DNA of 64,000 nucleotides from Macrostomum lignano. Lineage: Eukaryota. The stretch lies in assembly GCA_002269645.1 (NCBI GenBank), contig NIVC01000365.1, forward strand, positions 558,001-622,000, given 5' to 3'. The notes beneath the pieces were generated by a model, which did no database searches, was not told the origin of the DNA, and was given only the letters and a program-made list of their open reading frames with translations. Made by a program: the position numbers and the translations under genes. Shown one piece after another: positions 59,131-64,000 of this stretch; the stretch's first letter is position 1, and the number at the start of each line of letters is the position of its first letter.

Positions 59131-59699
59131 CCTGTTGCATATGAAGGACAGGCTGCTAGATTGAACTAGGTGGAGAGCAATTTCCAACAAAATATCATGC
59201 AAATATGTGCCATCTATATATACTCACAGTTCTTCATTTAGATATATAAGGCCACAGAAAAGTGACTGTTTATATAAGTTAATGTCTTGAAATTTAACTA
59301 GGTGCTATCATTTAGTAAAATATAGTAAAAAATTCAATATCTTAAATGCCTCTATTTCAATAGCATATAAGTATTTAATATTGAAGTTGTCATTTCTCTA
59401 GTAGAATTTTCTACTCATATTGAATAAAGCAAAAGATTTTAAAAGGGATGAAAGAAATTAATTGGATATTTGCTATTATCTTTGCTAACAACATAAGTAT
59501 ACAATAAACTTTTATGTCTAAACTTTTGTAGTTTTACTATTCTAAACACAACTTAATAGAAGCATAAGAATATATTTAAAAACATGCTTCAAGCTTCAAC
59601 ATGTTGGTAAATATTAATAAAAAGTCTAAAAAATAAATTATTTTATCAACTTTTTATAGAAAACTACCAACATGACTATTTTAATTGTAAGGCTTAGAA

Positions 59700-60296
59700 T
59701 AAGGGTTTGCAACCTCTGGCCCACAGACTTTCTATGTGGCCTATGAATTTCTTCTATCTTCATTATTATAATCTAGCCTGCACCATAGCAATAAACTTTT
59801 TTGGCCTATAAAAGTTTTATGTACTGAAAATGGGGAATTTCTTTTCTTAATTTTCAATTTTAATCACAAATTAATAATGAGACACGAACTAAGTCTGAGT
59901 GGCTGTTTACAAAGTTTTCAAAGACAGACAGCACATCAGTTCAAACTTTTGAATAGAATAGTGAAATAGGGGAACTGGTGGCAAAGGAAAGTGAGGTAGT
60001 GGCTTGCCAACAATAGGGATACAAATATAGTATATTGATTGGGCTGGCTGTGCAATAGAATCAAACTTTCTAAGAATGCATCAAATTATTATAAAATTGT
60101 TTTGATCAAATATTTTAGAACATTAGTGGCACAAATAGAAATTTGTTGAGGGCAGATTCTAGAGGGTAGAGACCCATGGAAGGATTTTGGAGGATAAAGA
60201 CCCAGGGAGGGGCAGAGTAATAAGGGGCAACCTATGGCCCATGTATTTGAACTGAAAACCTCACCTGGCCTTCAAGTAAAAAGTTGCCGACCCCTA
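59700..60296. mobile_element. Non-autonomous hAT element, 597 bp
   Basis: Imperfect TIRs TA(A/G)GGGT..GCAAC; perfect 8-bp TSD GCTTAGAA (59692-99 / 60297-304). Confidence 0.75.
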
Positions 60297-60554
60297 GCTT
60301 AGAATCTCAAACATTAAACTTAAAGATAAGAAAAAGTCAATTTTTAACAATAGCAAAATATTTATATTGTCAAATACTTTGAAAGCATTATAAATAGAAA
60401 AATAAAGCAGTATTTGTAGTGTTAGGCATAGGCCGCATAGTTAATAAAAATCTTAACTCCTTTTAATGGTAAAAGCATTTGGATTAAATCCATTAGGGCC
60501 TATACTTAAAAATCTTAACTTGTTAACTAGGCCTAGGGCCTAATATGATAATCT

Positions 60555-60665
60555 GGCTATCTTCAAGTTTCGTTCGTTTAATTCTAACACCCACCCCCCA
60601 CCACCCTTGAATAGAGGGCGAAATAATTCTGGAAATAATTAAACGAACGAAACTTGAAGATTGCC
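60555..60665. mobile_element. 111-bp MITE with ~29-bp TIRs
   Basis: GGC(T/A)ATCTTCAAGTTTCGTTCGTTTAATT arms; flanks GATAATCT/GATAATCC (8-bp TSD, one mismatch). Confidence 0.65.
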
Positions 60666-61849
60666 GATAATCCTTAATATACATTAATCTATTGAAGTTA
60701 ATATAGAAAATATAGCTACAGGAATTTTGCAATTTTTTTACCAAAACAGACTTTATAATGCACAGTGATGCATTGTCTTCTTTTCTATCTTTTTAGCAAA
60801 ACACAGTCCATAGTCAGAGGTCAATTTAAAAGCTAAAAAATAATAGACAATAATAACAGACATTTTATATACAAGTTTTTACTTGTATATAAAATGCTAC
60901 TAAAAGTATGCATAAAGTAACTTAAATTTTTTTGAAACCTGAAAAAGAATTAGTTAAGAATAAAATACAAACAGGAAGGTTGTAATGTTGTATCAAAAAG
61001 CATAGGCTGAATCTTACTAGGCCATCATATTCTATGAATAGGCAACAGTGACGGTCATGCTAATCATAAATCATACGATGTCGATAGAATGAAAACAAAA
61101 AGCCATAATTTTATACCAGTTTTCGTATTTATTTTCTTGCATTAGATATATTATTACATTGTTATACCTAGAAATGTCATGCAAACCCAAAAATATGCCA
61201 ACTTACTAGCACAAACTCAACTTTATGCCAGAATTTTTCAGTATATGTAGATGTATAATGTTCAAGGTGCCTGAAATACAAATTTTTGATGTTTAATGTA
61301 CGTGCGTGAAAAAACTTGACCCTGACCCAATCAACTCTCTTCTTCGACGAGGACGAGGTGAAACAATTTTTTTATTCTTGTTAAAAGTTCCAAGCATCGA
61401 AGCTACATTTTTTTGAAAAAACAAATACTAAATAAAGAAGAAAGAAAAATAAAGAAAAATAAAGAAGATAAGAAAAATAAAGAACATCCAGCAAAAAATT
61501 ACTTACCAATAAGACAGACCATGCACTTTTTAACAACTTGACTTTCGGCGAATAATTTTTCAGCTGGCTTGCGGCGGCGATCCTTACTATTAAAGTTGCT
61601 GTATTTTTCGTAGTTCTACAAGAACACGACAAATCACAACGACTTAAGAGTTTGATGTTCAATTGCTATCGCGTAGGACACCTGCACATTTTTTTATTTT
61701 CTTGTGGATTATTACCGTCAATCTATTTTAAAGAACACATCTGTTTCAATAATCTTAAATGGGTATGTTATTTGACCTGTGCTGTTACTCATGTATATTA
61801 CTTTCAAAAAATTAGGTTGTAGCATGCTTTATTTTTTTACTGTTGCCAT

Positions 61850-62023
61850 CAATAGCAGATCCAGAAAATTTTGAATGGGGGGTGCAGACTATTAAGGTAC
61901 ATATATATTCATATAATGTACAAGTATATGTACATGATAATGTGTATTTTCCATATAAAAAATCAAAAAAATCTAACTCAACAGGGGGCACGCCCTGTGC
62001 GCCCCCCTCTAAATCCGCTACTG
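61850..62023. mobile_element. 174-bp hAT-type MITE
   Basis: Imperfect TIR CA(A/G)TAGC(A/G)GAT..AGA; perfect 8-bp TSD GTTGCCAT (61842-49 / 62024-31). Confidence 0.75.
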
Positions 62024-62450
62024 GTTGCCATATATGATATTAGGTGCATTTACCCACAAATCATGTTTTGTATAACATAAAAACAGGCATATATTTTTTT
62101 TTGTAGTTTGTAGTTTGTGTAGTCTAGGGCCTAAGTAAGCAAAGTAATCTATAAATGTAAGACAGATTTTTCATTTTTATAGGTATAAACTATAGGTTAA
62201 GATATACAGTAGTATTAGTAATTAAAATTAGCAATTACAATATATAATAGGCCTAAAACAAGGGCTACATCTAAAAATTAAGACTATGTTTAGAACTTTA
62301 GGCTAGGCCTAACTTAAAATATTGAAATGTTTATTTTCTTATATAGTATATCAGTTTGATAGAATATAATCTAGTGAAAGAAGTATAGATTTTTGATATT
62401 CTTATAACTATTTTATCTCATTTTTTCTACCTTTTTCAAAACTTTTATAG

Positions 62451-63609
62451 GTGACCAGCTTGAGAACATCCCCTATCCATCTATGATCTCATTTGTGCTC
62501 ATCCTAGTAGGCGGCTGCATCATGACTGGCACACTCTATGAAGCAGTTCGAAGGACAGATACCTACTTTCGCAGCACATTTTATCCTATAGATGGGTAAG
62601 TGGCTGCTTTAAAAACAAGCTCAAAATTTCTTTTATATCAAAATATTTCTGTTGTGAGCTGGTGAAAGTGACTAGAAGCACAATGTGAAATTTTAAGCTT
62701 GTGAAAGATCCTGTCTTTTGACAATATGAAACTATAAAGCTTCAAGTCTGCTCAGAATCCCCTACTTGAAACAAAACCACCCTGCCGCACCGCACTGCAG
62801 TTTCTCCTATGCCCAGACAGTCAGCGTCATCATCACCCCAATCACGGTAGTGCTGGCTGCCGCTCTGCTAGCATTTGGTTGCCTAGCAACCGGTGCAACC
62901 CGAGAGAAAATCTACCGAGGCAACAGGTCGATCTTGTCTGGCCGGGGCGCGGCCTTGGTGTTCCTGGCGCTGGCCCACCTGAGCTGCCTGTGCTGGCTGG
63001 CGCTGATGTGCGGCCTGATGTTCCCGGCCACCGGCTGGCTGGTCATGGACCGCGTCTGCGCCGAGGAGTGGCGCTACTGGCTGAACATCGACGGCGAGAA
63101 GACCAACGCCAAGTTCTTTAATTACTTCCGGTTCAACCTGACTCATTATGGTTTGTAAAAAATCCCTTACCAATTTCCACTAAACCGTGATGCTGTGCGT
63201 TAACAGTGGGAGTCTTAATTGATACTCGATTTTTTTCCTCATCTAATTAGAGCTTCTAAATTTCAATTCAATATCCCCCCAATCGCAGGCATCTACAAGA
63301 AGCTGTACAATTTCAATCCTTCGCTGAAGTACAACGAGACGATAACAACTGCCACGGCGTTTCAGAACTTCTGCTCGAATGTGAGTGAGAGGCTGAGCTA
63401 TTCGAAATTTTCCCGTTACTTTGCCTGTTTTTTCACCGTCTAAATTTTTTTTTCATGAGAAGTTGGACTCTCCCGAAAATCATTTAACATCAATGGCGAA
63501 CTAAAATCGCAAACTTATTACAGATCATTGCAAATTTCTACAGGTGAACACAATCGGCCCTCTGTACATGTTTGCCTTGGGCGGCGCCATGTTCGTGCTG
63601 TTCGGGCTG
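62451..63609 (+). CDS. M6: M6/myelin proteolipid family protein, internal exons 62451-62595, 62801-63150, 63289-63380, 63544-63609; partial
   Basis: IPYPSMISFVLILVG..; AFGCLATGATREKIYR..SGR.. match M6/PLP TM1-TM3; four TM segments; all junctions phase-consistent. Confidence 0.75.
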
Positions 63610-63727
63610 GTGAGTAATGGCTGCCTGCACAGGGCTGCTGGGGTCCGGGGATGACTGCACACTGCATTGCAAGGTGCAGCTACCTTGGTTGAGACCTGTT
63701 CTGTTGTCTTCTGATCTAACTGATTCT

Positions 63728-64000
63728 CCCAGATTATCACGTGGGACTGCAGCCACTCCCAGATTGTCAGATGGGATTGCAGCCACTCCCAGATTGTCAG
63801 ATGGGATTGCAGCCACTCTCCCAGATTGTCAGATGGGATTGCAGCCACTCCCAGATTGTCAGATGGGATTGCAGCCACTCCCAGATTGTCATGTGGGATT
63901 TCAGCCACTCCCAGATTGTCAGATGGGACTGCAGCCACTCATAGATTGTCAGGTGGGATTGTAGCCACTCCCAGATTGTCAGATGGGATTGCAGCCACTC
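63728..64000. repeat. ~30-bp intronic minisatellite, truncated by window end
   Basis: CCCAGATTGTCAGATGGGATTGCAGCCACT units. Confidence 0.93.

Overview
Eukaryotic (animal) genomic DNA: GT-AG introns, GC-rich compact coding exons and very dense intronic/intergenic minisatellites. The style fits a free-living flatworm such as Macrostomum, but that is inference only. Genes, left to right: a multi-exon LIM-domain gene; an intronless divergent muscleblind-like CCCH gene; four IAP-like BIR-UBA-RING paralogs (two minus, two plus, head-to-head); a 7B2-like gene; TRP-channel exons; an RFamide-type neuropeptide precursor; an acidic/coiled-coil orphan; a co-oriented minus-strand run (UBXN7, mRpL33, two small RING genes, DNAJC16); and an M6/proteolipid gene running off the end. 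Mobile elements: a Chapaev/RAG1-like DNA transposon between IAP copies B and C; a 6.7-kb CACTA/EnSpm element carrying a 7-exon BEN-like accessory gene, nested in a LINE that is nested in a minisatellite; a second LINE; a gypsy gag fragment; several MITEs with target-site duplications (TSDs). Best leads: (1) the IAP cluster, with a near-identical exon-2 core but divergent exon 1 and RING tails, and a 4-20 copy EQQRPAL coding minisatellite; (2) the CACTA element, whose accessory gene could splice in frame onto the transposase; (3) the RAG1-like transposon; (4) minisatellites built from splice junctions. All family calls come from motif recognition by eye; no database searches were run.
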